IMG/VR virus record: IMGVR_UViG_3300031565_014867
Coordinates: 1-64,000 of that record
Reading direction: 5' to 3' (one strand)
Source: a virus
Length of the DNA stretch: 64,000 bases
Position numbers and translations under genes: made by a program
Notes under the pieces: generated by a model
Seen by the model: the letters and a program-made list of their open reading frames with translations, nothing else
Databases searched by the model: none
Told to the model about the DNA's origin: nothing
Shown: positions 1 through 9,743 of the stretch, piece by piece
Numbering within the stretch: position 1 is the first letter of the stretch
How the letters are laid out: the number at the start of each line of letters is the position of its first letter

Positions 1-1947
1 ATGAGCACAAACGAATTGGATCAAGCGTGGGCGCAACTGAGTGACCTGCAGCGCACGGCAGCCGAATGGGGCGATGGTCCTATGTTAGTGCTTGCTGGCC
101 CAGGGTCCGGGAAGACCCGAGTGCTTACGTGTCGCATCGCACGCCTGCTGGACGCTACACGAGGCGAGAACTTCCGAGTTCTTGGCCTAACTTTCACGAA
201 CAAAGCTGCCGACGAGATGCGGACTCGTGTAATGCGACTTGTCCCTGGCGAAGAGAGCCGACTGTTTCTTGGCACCTTCCACTCGTTCTGCGCCGAGATT
301 CTACGCCAGCATGGATCACACTTGGGAATTCGCCCGGCCTTCAACATCTACTCGCAGACTTCAGACCTTGAAGCGGTCCTGAGTGATGCGGTCGAGAAAG
401 CGAAGAGGGAGTCAAGCGTCGTTTCGGATCTCGATAAGAAAACGCTTCCTGTCATTCAGCGTCTCAAGTCGTTTCTTGTGTTTCCGGATCAGTGCAAGGA
501 CATATTCGATGACCCTGAATTCGGTGAGCGAATGGCTGTCGTCTATCCCGAGTATGAGGCGCAACTCGGAAAGCACAATGCCTTGGATTTCGGCTCGCTC
601 ATCTTGCGGGCCTACGAGTTGTTCGACCGTTTCCCCGCATTTGCGAGGCGATACCGCACGGTATACCCGTACATTTGCGTGGACGAATTTCAAGATACAA
701 ACGATGCCCAGTACAACCTCCTCAAGGCATTGATGGGTGATTCCTACAACAACGTGTTCGTCGTTGCCGATGACGATCAGATTATTTACCAGTGGAACGG
801 GGCAAGTCACAAGCGGCTTGAGGAATTGGCTACTGATTTTGCTCCAACAGTAGTCCAACTTCCCGTCAACTATAGATGTCCCGCCGAGATTGTCGAACTT
901 GCGAATAATCTGATAAGCCACAATCTCCTTCGCACCGAGCAAAAGCAACCCTTGGTTTCACATCTAGGCAGCACGGGCCAGGGTACGGTGCGAGTGTTTC
1001 CTGTGCTTGAAGACGATACTCAGGAAGCTGCTAGTGTGGCTGAAGACATAAAGAGCCACCATCGTGACAACCTGGATTCAGTCGCCGTGCTTGGGCGCAA
1101 CCGAAGGCTTCTAGTCGGGGTAGAGACTGCACTTCGAGCTACAGGAATCCAAGCCGTAATTGCCCAACGCAAGGATGACTTTGAGAGTGCCCCACTGGTT
1201 TGGATGCATTCAATTCTGAAGTTGGCTAACGACAGGCAAGACCGCCAAGTGTTGGAAGCGGTGTGCGGAACCTTCAAGCAACTCACCAGCGTTGAGATTG
1301 ACGACAGTGAGGTCGCTGCACACGCCGACGCATCGAACCAAGGGCTGTTTCGGCGTTGGATCAAGCATGCAGAATCCGCCAACCTTGATGCTGCCACATC
1401 GAGCGTCATCGCCAGTGCCAGTCGGCAACTTGGTGGTGGCAGTGAGTTCTTGCGGTTCTGCGTCTCGGTCTTGGAATGGTGTGACGGTGCTTCCCAACAG
1501 CAGAGTGGGCAGGCACAGAATGCCAGCGAGGAATTATTTGCGCTCTACTCGGAAGAGCGTCAAGTCTGGACTGAACTTGTCCGTGAAATAGTCGGGACTG
1601 TCGGTCAGGACGTGAGCCTTGAAGCTTTCCTTCAGGAACTCGAAATGCGTTCGAAGGAGTCGATGCCTGCGCCGGGCATGGTGCGACTCTACACAATCCA
1701 TGGCTCGAAGGGCAAGGAGTTCGATCACGTGTATCTTGTGGGATTGGTGGAAGATGAACTCCCGTCTTTCCAGAGCATCAAGAAGGGTGACAGAAGTCCA
1801 GAGATGGAGGAAGAGCGCCGAAACTGCTTCGTCGCCATAACTCGGACAAGCCGCTCACTGACGTTGAGCTACGCCAAAACCTATCGTGGCTGGGGCAAAG
1901 AACTATCCCGGTTCTTGTACGAGATGGGTATCCTGCAACGCAAGTGA
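1..1947 (+). CDS. UvrD/PcrA-family SF1 ATP-dependent DNA helicase
   Basis: Walker A AGPGSGKT, TFTNKAA, GTFHSF, Walker B VDEFQDTN, DDDQIIYQW, NYRC, TIHGSKGKEF and EERRNCFVAITR; lacks the PcrA C-terminal extension. Confidence 0.93.
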   Translation: MSTNELDQAWAQLSDLQRTAAEWGDGPMLVLAGPGSGKTRVLTCRIARLLDATRGENFRVLGLTFTNKAADEMRTRVMRLVPGEESRLFLGTFHSFCAEILRQHGSHLGIRPAFNIYSQTSDLEAVLSDAVEKAKRESSVVSDLDKKTLPVIQRLKSFLVFPDQCKDIFDDPEFGERMAVVYPEYEAQLGKHNALDFGSLILRAYELFDRFPAFARRYRTVYPYICVDEFQDTNDAQYNLLKALMGDSYNNVFVVADDDQIIYQWNGASHKRLEELATDFAPTVVQLPVNYRCPAEIVELANNLISHNLLRTEQKQPLVSHLGSTGQGTVRVFPVLEDDTQEAASVAEDIKSHHRDNLDSVAVLGRNRRLLVGVETALRATGIQAVIAQRKDDFESAPLVWMHSILKLANDRQDRQVLEAVCGTFKQLTSVEIDDSEVAAHADASNQGLFRRWIKHAESANLDAATSSVIASASRQLGGGSEFLRFCVSVLEWCDGASQQQSGQAQNASEELFALYSEERQVWTELVREIVGTVGQDVSLEAFLQELEMRSKESMPAPGMVRLYTIHGSKGKEFDHVYLVGLVEDELPSFQSIKKGDRSPEMEEERRNCFVAITRTSRSLTLSYAKTYRGWGKELSRFLYEMGILQRK

Positions 1948-2221
1948 TTGGTGGGAAGTGTCTTCTCACGACTGACAGGATAATTCGATGTGGATCTTCA
2001 CGAAATACGGCTTTTTCAGTGCCGTCTGTGCTCGCCAAGGTGGTGGTTGGCATGGGCAACCAGTTGACCCGGATCGTGTGATGGTGCGAGCCCGTGTGAG
2101 GGGGGGCACCTTCACACGCTGAAAGACCGCTTTGCCGACCAGCTAGTCCACGCCGAGATCATCGAAACGAAGACGACTGACTATCGCTACCGGCTCTCTG
2201 TAGAGAAGGAGCGTTGGATCG

Positions 2222-3205
2222 TCAGACTGGGGAACCGGGGTAGTAGGCACGGACCGTGTGGTATTCGACGGTGACGTTGAACTTCTTCCCCGCGCCTGCC
2301 AGAAGTGCCAGGCAGTCATTCGCGTCGTCGCAGTCCCCGGATCCCACGAAGTTCGCGGCGCACGCGAACTTGTGATTGCGGCAGAACATGGACTGCGGAT
2401 CGTACGTGTAGGTGTTCTTGAGGATCGGCAATCTGCCGGGAGACGACTCGAAACGATAGTCGTCACGATAGGTGAAGTACGAGCCGAAGCCGCAGCGATG
2501 GAACTCGACTCGAACCACGACGTAGGACCGGCACCAGACCCACTGCCGGTACGTGGTGCCGAAGAACTCCACGAACTGGATCACGGGATCGGACGTTCTC
2601 AGCGACGATGGGGTCAGCCATTGATACAATGGCTCGACGTTGTATCTCCCCGTGTGGGCGGAACTGGCATAACTCCACCCGATCCCGGCCGCCGTGTTGA
2701 GCGCCGCCACCTGGGCACTTACGGCCGCTTCCGAAGCCCCGTTTGTCAGAAGGTCGTCGAGGGCTTGCCACTGGGTGTAGGCAGTCTCCGCGGCTGCGTT
2801 GCCTTCCGTTTCGTAGACCAGGGGCAAATGTGTATTGTCCCACAACTCCGATGCGGTCGGGAATACGACCAGATCGTAGTCACGTTCTGTGTAGGATTGC
2901 TCAGTCCCAATCTGGCAGCAATTGCAGGGGGCCACGTTGGCAAGGTGCGCCTCGATCTCTTCAATCGATTGTGCCGGCCAGTAATCGGGAACCTCCGTGA
3001 AGCTGTCGTCGTCACACAGGACCTTGAGGAAGTCCTGCACGTCGACGATGTCCTGACGCCGCCACCTGTGAGGACTGGTCACCTCTTGCAAGGGATCGTC
3101 AGGCGCTTCACACCCATCGTCCAGGGCCTGTTGTCGCTTGTCATTCGCCTGCCGGATGAGGACATTCCAATCGGCCAGTCGAAATGGGCGATTCAGGTCG
3201 ACCAT
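2222..3205 (-). CDS. Hypothetical protein, last gene of the tail operon
   Basis: 327-aa ORF starting 2 nt after the stop of the upstream tail gene; Cys/Trp-rich; no recognisable motif. Confidence 0.65.
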   Translation of the reverse strand: MVDLNRPFRLADWNVLIRQANDKRQQALDDGCEAPDDPLQEVTSPHRWRRQDIVDVQDFLKVLCDDDSFTEVPDYWPAQSIEEIEAHLANVAPCNCCQIGTEQSYTERDYDLVVFPTASELWDNTHLPLVYETEGNAAAETAYTQWQALDDLLTNGASEAAVSAQVAALNTAAGIGWSYASSAHTGRYNVEPLYQWLTPSSLRTSDPVIQFVEFFGTTYRQWVWCRSYVVVRVEFHRCGFGSYFTYRDDYRFESSPGRLPILKNTYTYDPQSMFCRNHKFACAANFVGSGDCDDANDCLALLAGAGKKFNVTVEYHTVRAYYPGSPV

Positions 3206-3207
3206 GG

Positions 3208-5901
3208 CTACTCGTCCTCTTCCTGCAGGAACGCCGTGCCGGCGCCGAACTGTTCCGTGTCTGCATCGTACTTGAAGTCGAAGGCACCCTGGACCTCACG
3301 ATCGTCGACATCGACGAGGGTGGCATCGGTGCCCATCTTGAGACGGCCGTCGCTGATCTCGGCGAAAAAGGTGGAGAACGTGGTGATGCTGTCTCCATCG
3401 CCGCCGGGGTCGCGGGAGTCGATGATCTTGGTCGTGGCGATGTCGATCAGCGTCGGTTCCATGACCTGGTAGAAGCCGGTGTTCTCGAAGGCGGGAGTGT
3501 CGATGCCGGGAAGGCGCTCGTCGTATACGATCGCCTCGCCCACGACCGGCTCCCCGGGGTCCTTGTCGCCTTGGTCGGACGGCTTCGGGTCGCCCCGGTC
3601 GGAGGTGGACCGCTTGGCGGCCTCGAAGCCGAAGGGATCAGGGTTGCCGTCGTACTCGACCCGGACGCCGCGCCGCAGGTCGTATCGGATGGGAAGTGCG
3701 CCCGTGGCCTCACGGCCGATCCCGGTGCCACCGTCGAACTCCTCTTCCTCTTCGATCGGCGTGGGGAACCTCAACTCTTGCGACACGTCCGCCGGGTAAG
3801 CGAAGTCGTAGGGTTCCATCTCGCCAGCCTTCACGGGCGTCCAACACTCGAAGTCGATCGAGCGGGTGTCGGAGTTGTAGTCGGCCTTCTCGACCAGCGA
3901 TAGTACGTTGGAGTTGGCAACGTAGGGCGCGTTGAAGTCGAGCGTCACGGCGTCGAAGGTTTCGAGATTAAGCTTGTGGAGCGGCGTGCTGAACCGGGCC
4001 TTCTTCCAGGTGTTCGAGCAGCGGATCAGCCAGAACGTTGCGCTCTTGAGCACCATGTCGAGCTTGTTGTAGATATAGAAGCTGAACTCCCGCTCTTTCG
4101 TGCCGTACTTCCTGACGTTGTGACGAAGGATGACCTTGTTGTCTTCCTCCTGGGCACCAGTGGCCCGCCATCGGGCGACGAGTTTCGTCACCAGGTCTTC
4201 GGTCATCGTGTGCTGCAGCTCCAACGTGCCGACCTCGATGTCCGATTCGGTGATTGTGTCAGTAGGCGTCGGTTCGGCCGGCAGGTAGCGGAGGTGGAAC
4301 GTGTTGTCCTTGAGCACAATGGCGCAACGGGCCTGGAAGGCGATCTCTTCGAGGGCTTGGAGAATTTGTTTGCGGTCGGTCAACGCAAAGTGGCTTGGGT
4401 AGTTGGCAAGGCGAGAGCGAACGGCATTGAACGAGGCGGCGTCCGTGTCGAAATCCGTGTTCTGCTGAATCAGGTACTCCATGATATCGACCGTGTTCGG
4501 GCCGACCGTGCCTTTGAACGTGATGTAGATTTGGTCGTCCCAGCTCAGATCGGTTCGTTTTGATAGAGCGTCGCTGAGCGTGACCATCGTGGCGATGACG
4601 GGGCCGTACTGCTCGGTGCTGACCGTGTAGAAATCCTCGGGCACGTCAATCAAAAAGCGACGGCCGGCGGATTGGATAAATGCCTTGACTCGCTTGACCG
4701 TGCCCGGCGTGATGCTGACAACGAACCGTTGCGGCTCGGACGTGGCGACGCGAACCTGGGCACCGGCGTCGGCGAAGAAGTAGCCGGCCGTGTCACCCGT
4801 GATGTTGCCGTTGGGCACGAAGCGATTGAATCCGAACGGGCCGCTGGGAAAGGTCGTGCCATCGGCCCTCGGCGTAACCAGCGGGTCGCCCTGTCTGGGA
4901 TGCTCGGCCGATTGCACCGAGAACTCGTCGGTTTCGCCGAGGAATGAACCGGCGAACTTCGCGCCGTTGATGTCCAGCGTGATCGTCCCGCGCGGGAACT
5001 CCTCGCCGCCGAAGACGCGAAACGTGGTGAACTGCGCCGTGGCGTTGTAGGTGCTCCATCCATCGCCGGTCCCAAAGCTGGCTACAATCGTCTTGGCTTG
5101 GTCGGTGAGAACGTTAAGGACTTCGTTCTTCTGCTGCTCGAAGCGGTCCTTGTTCGCCATGAATCCTTCGAGTTGCTTCTTGAGTTCCTCATCGCCCGAG
5201 GCCGCCGCCTCGCTGACGCTCCAAAAGCCATTGGCGTCGAGCCAGTCGCCGATCTGCTCATTGATGTAGGCCAGGATGCGGTTGATGGCAAACATGCGGT
5301 GCGGCAAAAGGAAGTCGATGACGCCGACGCCGGTGGCGAGCGTGCCGGTGGCCGGTTCATTGAGTGGTACCCCCTCAACGTGGACGCATGTTCCAAAACA
5401 CATCGGCCACGGCCGGCCGATCAGGTCCTCGGGGATGCTCTCAAACTGTCCTTCCTCGGGCGAGAAACCGATCTCGGCGTCTTCGATTTGCGAGATGATG
5501 TCCAGCGACACGGTGCGGTCGCCCTCGCTCCAGACCACCGGCGAACTGATCTTGCCACGGAATAAGAGGAACTTGTCGGACAGGTCCAGGCCGTCGAAGT
5601 ATTGGAAGACCCGCACATCGCGCTGGTGAACGTCGTGGCTGTCGAGGATGATCTTGATCGAGCCATCGCTGTCGTCGAGTGTCACGCTGAGTTGCTGGGA
5701 GTCGGCGTTGCCCGAGACGTTGATGACGTTATCGAGTGGTCCGACTTCGAGGATGCGGCCGGGGATCGGGCCAACCGTGCGATCGGCGTAGGAGAGCGGC
5801 GCGTCGCCGTCGATCCAATCGACTTCGATGATCGTGACAGGTTCGTTGCCGAGCCGCTCGGCGATCTGGTTGAGGGCGTCATTTGATAGATTGCGGGCCA
5901 T
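3208..5901 (-). CDS. Tail tip / baseplate hub-like protein
   Basis: 897 aa, downstream of tape measure and Dit-like genes; P.CFG.C.HV motif and hub-like C-terminal region. Confidence 0.7.
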   Translation of the reverse strand: MARNLSNDALNQIAERLGNEPVTIIEVDWIDGDAPLSYADRTVGPIPGRILEVGPLDNVINVSGNADSQQLSVTLDDSDGSIKIILDSHDVHQRDVRVFQYFDGLDLSDKFLLFRGKISSPVVWSEGDRTVSLDIISQIEDAEIGFSPEEGQFESIPEDLIGRPWPMCFGTCVHVEGVPLNEPATGTLATGVGVIDFLLPHRMFAINRILAYINEQIGDWLDANGFWSVSEAAASGDEELKKQLEGFMANKDRFEQQKNEVLNVLTDQAKTIVASFGTGDGWSTYNATAQFTTFRVFGGEEFPRGTITLDINGAKFAGSFLGETDEFSVQSAEHPRQGDPLVTPRADGTTFPSGPFGFNRFVPNGNITGDTAGYFFADAGAQVRVATSEPQRFVVSITPGTVKRVKAFIQSAGRRFLIDVPEDFYTVSTEQYGPVIATMVTLSDALSKRTDLSWDDQIYITFKGTVGPNTVDIMEYLIQQNTDFDTDAASFNAVRSRLANYPSHFALTDRKQILQALEEIAFQARCAIVLKDNTFHLRYLPAEPTPTDTITESDIEVGTLELQHTMTEDLVTKLVARWRATGAQEEDNKVILRHNVRKYGTKEREFSFYIYNKLDMVLKSATFWLIRCSNTWKKARFSTPLHKLNLETFDAVTLDFNAPYVANSNVLSLVEKADYNSDTRSIDFECWTPVKAGEMEPYDFAYPADVSQELRFPTPIEEEEEFDGGTGIGREATGALPIRYDLRRGVRVEYDGNPDPFGFEAAKRSTSDRGDPKPSDQGDKDPGEPVVGEAIVYDERLPGIDTPAFENTGFYQVMEPTLIDIATTKIIDSRDPGGDGDSITTFSTFFAEISDGRLKMGTDATLVDVDDREVQGAFDFKYDADTEQFGAGTAFLQEEDE

Positions 5902-6287
5902 TACTGCTTCACCCCTTCAAACTCCAATTGGATCGTTTGCATCTCGCCGCCGGGCCAGCCGCCTGCCCGCTTCGGTGTGCTGAACTCGAATGGGTTGCTC
6001 GTGAAGTGGCCGACCCAGACCTCCCCAAAATGGTCGGTGAGCCGAACCCGTGCGGCGAAGTAGGATTGGATGAAGGCCCGCAGCTCAAGGGCCTTCATCC
6101 GGCTCAGGCCCAGTGGGAGTGTGAGCCGACGCCGGCCGGCCTTCGACTTGACGTAGGTGTAAAGCGTGCCGTCCATCGCCCGCCGGGTGGCGACTTCACA
6201 AGTCTCGGCCTCGCCGTCGCCAAACTGCGGATTTGGCAACAGCGTGACGGTCTGGATTGCCGGATAAGGGGCGGCAAGCTCGATCAT
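5901..6287 (-). CDS. Distal tail (Dit)-like protein
   Basis: 128 aa, overlaps both neighbours; paralogous to the C-terminus of 6284-8614. Confidence 0.55.
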   Translation of the reverse strand: MIELAAPYPAIQTVTLLPNPQFGDGEAETCEVATRRAMDGTLYTYVKSKAGRRRLTLPLGLSRMKALELRAFIQSYFAARVRLTDHFGEVWVGHFTSNPFEFSTPKRAGGWPGGEMQTIQLEFEGVKQ

Positions 6288-8614
6288 ACCGGGGTGCCTT
6301 CAAATTCGAGTGCCGTGCTGATGTTGTGCGGGCCGTTGCGGATGATCGGTTCGTCGGGCGAAACGATCACGCCGGCCCAATGCCGCTTTTCCCAGTCCCG
6401 CAGGCTGACTTCCTTGCCGAGCGTTGCAGTAATGAACGAGAGCAGCGATTGGGCTTCGTCCTCCTCCAGGCCGACGAACTCCAAGGTCAACTGTTGCACC
6501 TTTGGCCAGATTGGATCGGCAAAGACGACCAGCGTGCCGCCGCGGGTCTCGCGGTTGATTCGCTGGAAGCGGAGCCGGTCCTTGTTGTCCAATTCCGGGC
6601 CCCGGAGTGTGACGGTCATCGTGGGTACATCGACCGGCCAGTAGAGTTGGACGCCCTCGACACGCTCCAACGTCGGAACGGTGGTTGAAGGTGGGGCCGG
6701 TGCGTTGGGATCGTCCGTCGAGCCAACAAACGGCGTGTACGCTCGGTTTACGCAACCCTCGACGAGCACGAGGTTGACCGCTTGGTGCAGGCTGAGCGTC
6801 GTGCTGGCTGAGACGAACCGCTCGATTGTGCGCGATGCCTGCTGGTCCAGCGCGAGCGTACTGGTTGCCACCTTGCTCGCCGTGGCCGAGGCAGTATGCC
6901 TAAAGGTGAGTTGGCTGACGGCGTCGCCGGTCGGCGTCGGGTCGGTCCACTGCGTGAGCGCTAGGGCGCTCATGGCCGTGGCGCTGATCCCGTCGGCACG
7001 AACGTGAACGACCCCCGCTCTCTGGGCGAACGACAGGATGTTCCCGGTCGGCTCCGGATCGACGTAGATGTAGGCGCCGGCTGAAGCGAAGATGCCGTGC
7101 TCGACTTCGATCTCGTTAAACGTGAGCCGGTCGAGCGTGATTTCGGTAAAAAAGATCGGCGTAGTGGCCGCGACGTGGGTGACCTTGTTGCCGTGGGCTC
7201 CGCTGTCCAGGTCCAGACTGTTTGCGCCATCGAGGTGGATCGTAGAATTGCGCCCTTCGGCCCAATCCCACAGCCAAAGCTGGCTTTCGGCCGAAACCTC
7301 GATTGTGGGCACGGCGAGGCCGGTGGCCGAAGCGGCGAATGTGAGAGCATTGGACGCCGAGACCGCCTTGCTCAAGCTGCGTTCCGCTTGGCTGCCCAGC
7401 GACAGCGGACTGCTCGCCCCAATGGCGTGGACCAGTGTAACTGAAGCCTGGTCGGTTACGGTCAGCGTATTCGAGGCCGAGCATTCAATTGTGGAAGTGG
7501 CAAGACCGGTCGTCGAATCCGAGAATGCGAGGGTGCTGGACGCCGACACTACGGCGCTCAGATTGCGCACGGCTTGGTGGTTGAGGGAAAGCGGACTATT
7601 CGCTTCGCCAAGAATCACTGCCGCCCTCGTAGCCTGGACACCCAAACCCAGAGTGTTCTCCGCGGAGACTACGAAGGAGCCGACGCCGCTGGCTGCGTCT
7701 TCCAGCGCAAACGTACTGGTGGCGGAGGCATGGCGGACAACGGAACCGGTTGCTTGTTGAGAGAGTGTGAGATTGGAGTGGGCATTCCGGATGACCTCGC
7801 CGATTGCCTGACCCAGAAGCGACAGTGCGTCCGTGGCCTGAACGACAAAGGCCACGTTCGCTTCAGCCGCGCTGGCTAACCCCAACGCATTCGAGGCGGA
7901 GCAGACGGCCACCTTGCTCGCATCAGCCGCATCATCCAACGCAAGGACACTGTCGGCAGTGACTTGGCGGACGACTGTTTGGGCGGCCTGCTGTGAAAGG
8001 GTGAGAACCGACTGGGCGAGCTTGACCACGTCGCCGGCGGCCTGGCCCGCGAGCGATAGGGAGCCGTACGCATCGACGAAGTAGACAGTGCTGACCCCGG
8101 CGCCATCGGAAAGGCTCAGCGTGTTGGAGGCAGAGCGACCGATCGTTCGATGGACGGCGGCAGTGTCCGAAAGCGACAGTGTGTTCGCAGTCGACCGGCC
8201 GGCGACTGTGTTGTATGACGCCGATTGCGAAACCCCGAGGTCATTCCCCGCGCTTACGAACGTGCCTTCAGGCAAAGCGGCGAGGACCTCTACGCCCTGC
8301 CGGGTGACGATCAGTCCGGGCGCATTCTGCCCCAAAACCTCGATCCCTTGCCGGGTCACTTCCAAGCCGGGCGGCGGGGGCGGGTCGGAGGCCATGACCT
8401 CGACTGCCTGGCGAGTGACGCGCAGCTTTCGCTCGGGTGCCGGGTCGGACCCCATCACCTCGACCGCCTGGCGGGTGACGCGCAGCACGCGCTCGGGCGA
8501 CGGGTCGGACGCCACCACCTCGGCAACCTGGCAAGTGGTCCGCAGCAGTCGCTCAGCCGGCGGATCGGAGGCCACGACTTCGGCGACTTGCCGGGTTACG
8601 CGGAGATCGGCCAT
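6284..8614 (-). CDS. Repeat-rich tail protein with C-terminal Dit-like domain
   Basis: N-terminal 20-aa repeats (LRVTRQxxEVxxSDP), many S/A/T-rich SNTLxLS repeats, last ~130 aa similar to the next gene. Confidence 0.7.
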   Translation of the reverse strand: MADLRVTRQVAEVVASDPPAERLLRTTCQVAEVVASDPSPERVLRVTRQAVEVMGSDPAPERKLRVTRQAVEVMASDPPPPPGLEVTRQGIEVLGQNAPGLIVTRQGVEVLAALPEGTFVSAGNDLGVSQSASYNTVAGRSTANTLSLSDTAAVHRTIGRSASNTLSLSDGAGVSTVYFVDAYGSLSLAGQAAGDVVKLAQSVLTLSQQAAQTVVRQVTADSVLALDDAADASKVAVCSASNALGLASAAEANVAFVVQATDALSLLGQAIGEVIRNAHSNLTLSQQATGSVVRHASATSTFALEDAASGVGSFVVSAENTLGLGVQATRAAVILGEANSPLSLNHQAVRNLSAVVSASSTLAFSDSTTGLATSTIECSASNTLTVTDQASVTLVHAIGASSPLSLGSQAERSLSKAVSASNALTFAASATGLAVPTIEVSAESQLWLWDWAEGRNSTIHLDGANSLDLDSGAHGNKVTHVAATTPIFFTEITLDRLTFNEIEVEHGIFASAGAYIYVDPEPTGNILSFAQRAGVVHVRADGISATAMSALALTQWTDPTPTGDAVSQLTFRHTASATASKVATSTLALDQQASRTIERFVSASTTLSLHQAVNLVLVEGCVNRAYTPFVGSTDDPNAPAPPSTTVPTLERVEGVQLYWPVDVPTMTVTLRGPELDNKDRLRFQRINRETRGGTLVVFADPIWPKVQQLTLEFVGLEEDEAQSLLSFITATLGKEVSLRDWEKRHWAGVIVSPDEPIIRNGPHNISTALEFEGTPV
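8280..8606 (-). repeat. Coding tandem repeat, 60-bp/20-aa unit, four full and two shorter copies
   Basis: LRVTRQVAEVVASDPPAER, LRTTCQVAEVVASDPSPER, LRVTRQAVEVMGSDPAPER, LRVTRQAVEVMASDPPPPP, then LEVTRQGIEVL and LIVTRQGVEVL. Confidence 0.85.
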
Positions 8615-8638
8615 GTGGAAACGTCCCTCTTACTGCGG

Positions 8639-9724
8639 TCAGGTTCCCACCTTGATGCCGAATTGCGTGCCGCCCACACCCGTAGCGGTCCACGCGGAGC
8701 CGGTATCCGGGTCCGTTTCCAGAATCCGCGTGGCCACTTCGTAACCATCCGTGGCGACGTTCGTTGCCTCTCCGTCGCTAGTTGTGGTGCCGGACTTGAC
8801 GGGTTGATAGAAGTCGATGTCTCCAGGGAACTCGTTCATCCGAACGTCCGTGTTGACCTGCAGTCCGAAGATCGGTTCCGTGGTGATCGTCGAGAGGTTG
8901 CCGAAATCGTAGAGATCGGTGTCATCTTCGGTGCCGCTCTCGACATGGGACGTGTCATCGTCCGTCGGAACGTCGTCGACCATCGCGTAGTTGTCGGTGC
9001 CGGAACCGGGCGTCCAATCACTGGCATCGCCATCAGCGCTGGGCAGAATGCCCTCGACGACAACCCGGCCCAAGAAATCGTTGTTGGTCGTCCCGTCGAT
9101 GTCGCAGATATAGATGTCGTCAAGGTGCTGATAGTACGACCCGAACTGGAATCGCACAAAACGCGAATCGCCGTCACTTCGCGTATCCACGTCCGAGTCG
9201 CTCAGCACGTTCACACTGTCGACGCGGACCTCGTAGGAACCGGCCGTATCGTGGCACACCACCTTCGCTTCGATGTAGTGCCACTTTTCGAGTGCCAGTG
9301 CAGGAGCCGAAGTCGTGGCCAGGTGGCTTCCGCCCCCGCCATGCGCGGAAAGCCGGCCGTCACTCTGAACTTTGAGCGAGAACTGAAAGTAGGTGGAACT
9401 GGCGAGCCGCCCGATAACGAGGATTTCCTTGTCGTCGGGAAAAGACGATTCAAACTTCACCGCCATCCCGACAATCCACGTATCGTTGGTTGGGATGTCG
9501 TCCGCGGGCACCACGTAATAGAAATACTGGTAGGTCCTCGGATAGGAGAACGCCCCTTGGAGCGAATAGCCGCCGGTGCGTCCGGTTGCCAGTTTGACCT
9601 CAGAGCAGTAGTTGGAAAGGGATACTCCGTGGAATTTCCCGTATTTCCGATTCAGGATGTCTTCGACGAGCGATCCGGTCGTCGTACCGAACGTCTCGAA
9701 ACCTTCCATCCATCGCAAAGACAT
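8639..9724 (-). CDS. LamG/ConA-like lectin-fold virion protein, paralog 3
   Basis: Start MSLRWMEGFE; WHYIEAKV...YEVRVD...LDDIYICD pattern shared with the two upstream genes. Confidence 0.7.
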   Translation of the reverse strand: MSLRWMEGFETFGTTTGSLVEDILNRKYGKFHGVSLSNYCSEVKLATGRTGGYSLQGAFSYPRTYQYFYYVVPADDIPTNDTWIVGMAVKFESSFPDDKEILVIGRLASSTYFQFSLKVQSDGRLSAHGGGGSHLATTSAPALALEKWHYIEAKVVCHDTAGSYEVRVDSVNVLSDSDVDTRSDGDSRFVRFQFGSYYQHLDDIYICDIDGTTNNDFLGRVVVEGILPSADGDASDWTPGSGTDNYAMVDDVPTDDDTSHVESGTEDDTDLYDFGNLSTITTEPIFGLQVNTDVRMNEFPGDIDFYQPVKSGTTTSDGEATNVATDGYEVATRILETDPDTGSAWTATGVGGTQFGIKVGT

Positions 9725-9743
9725 GACTGCACCGCCTATCTGG

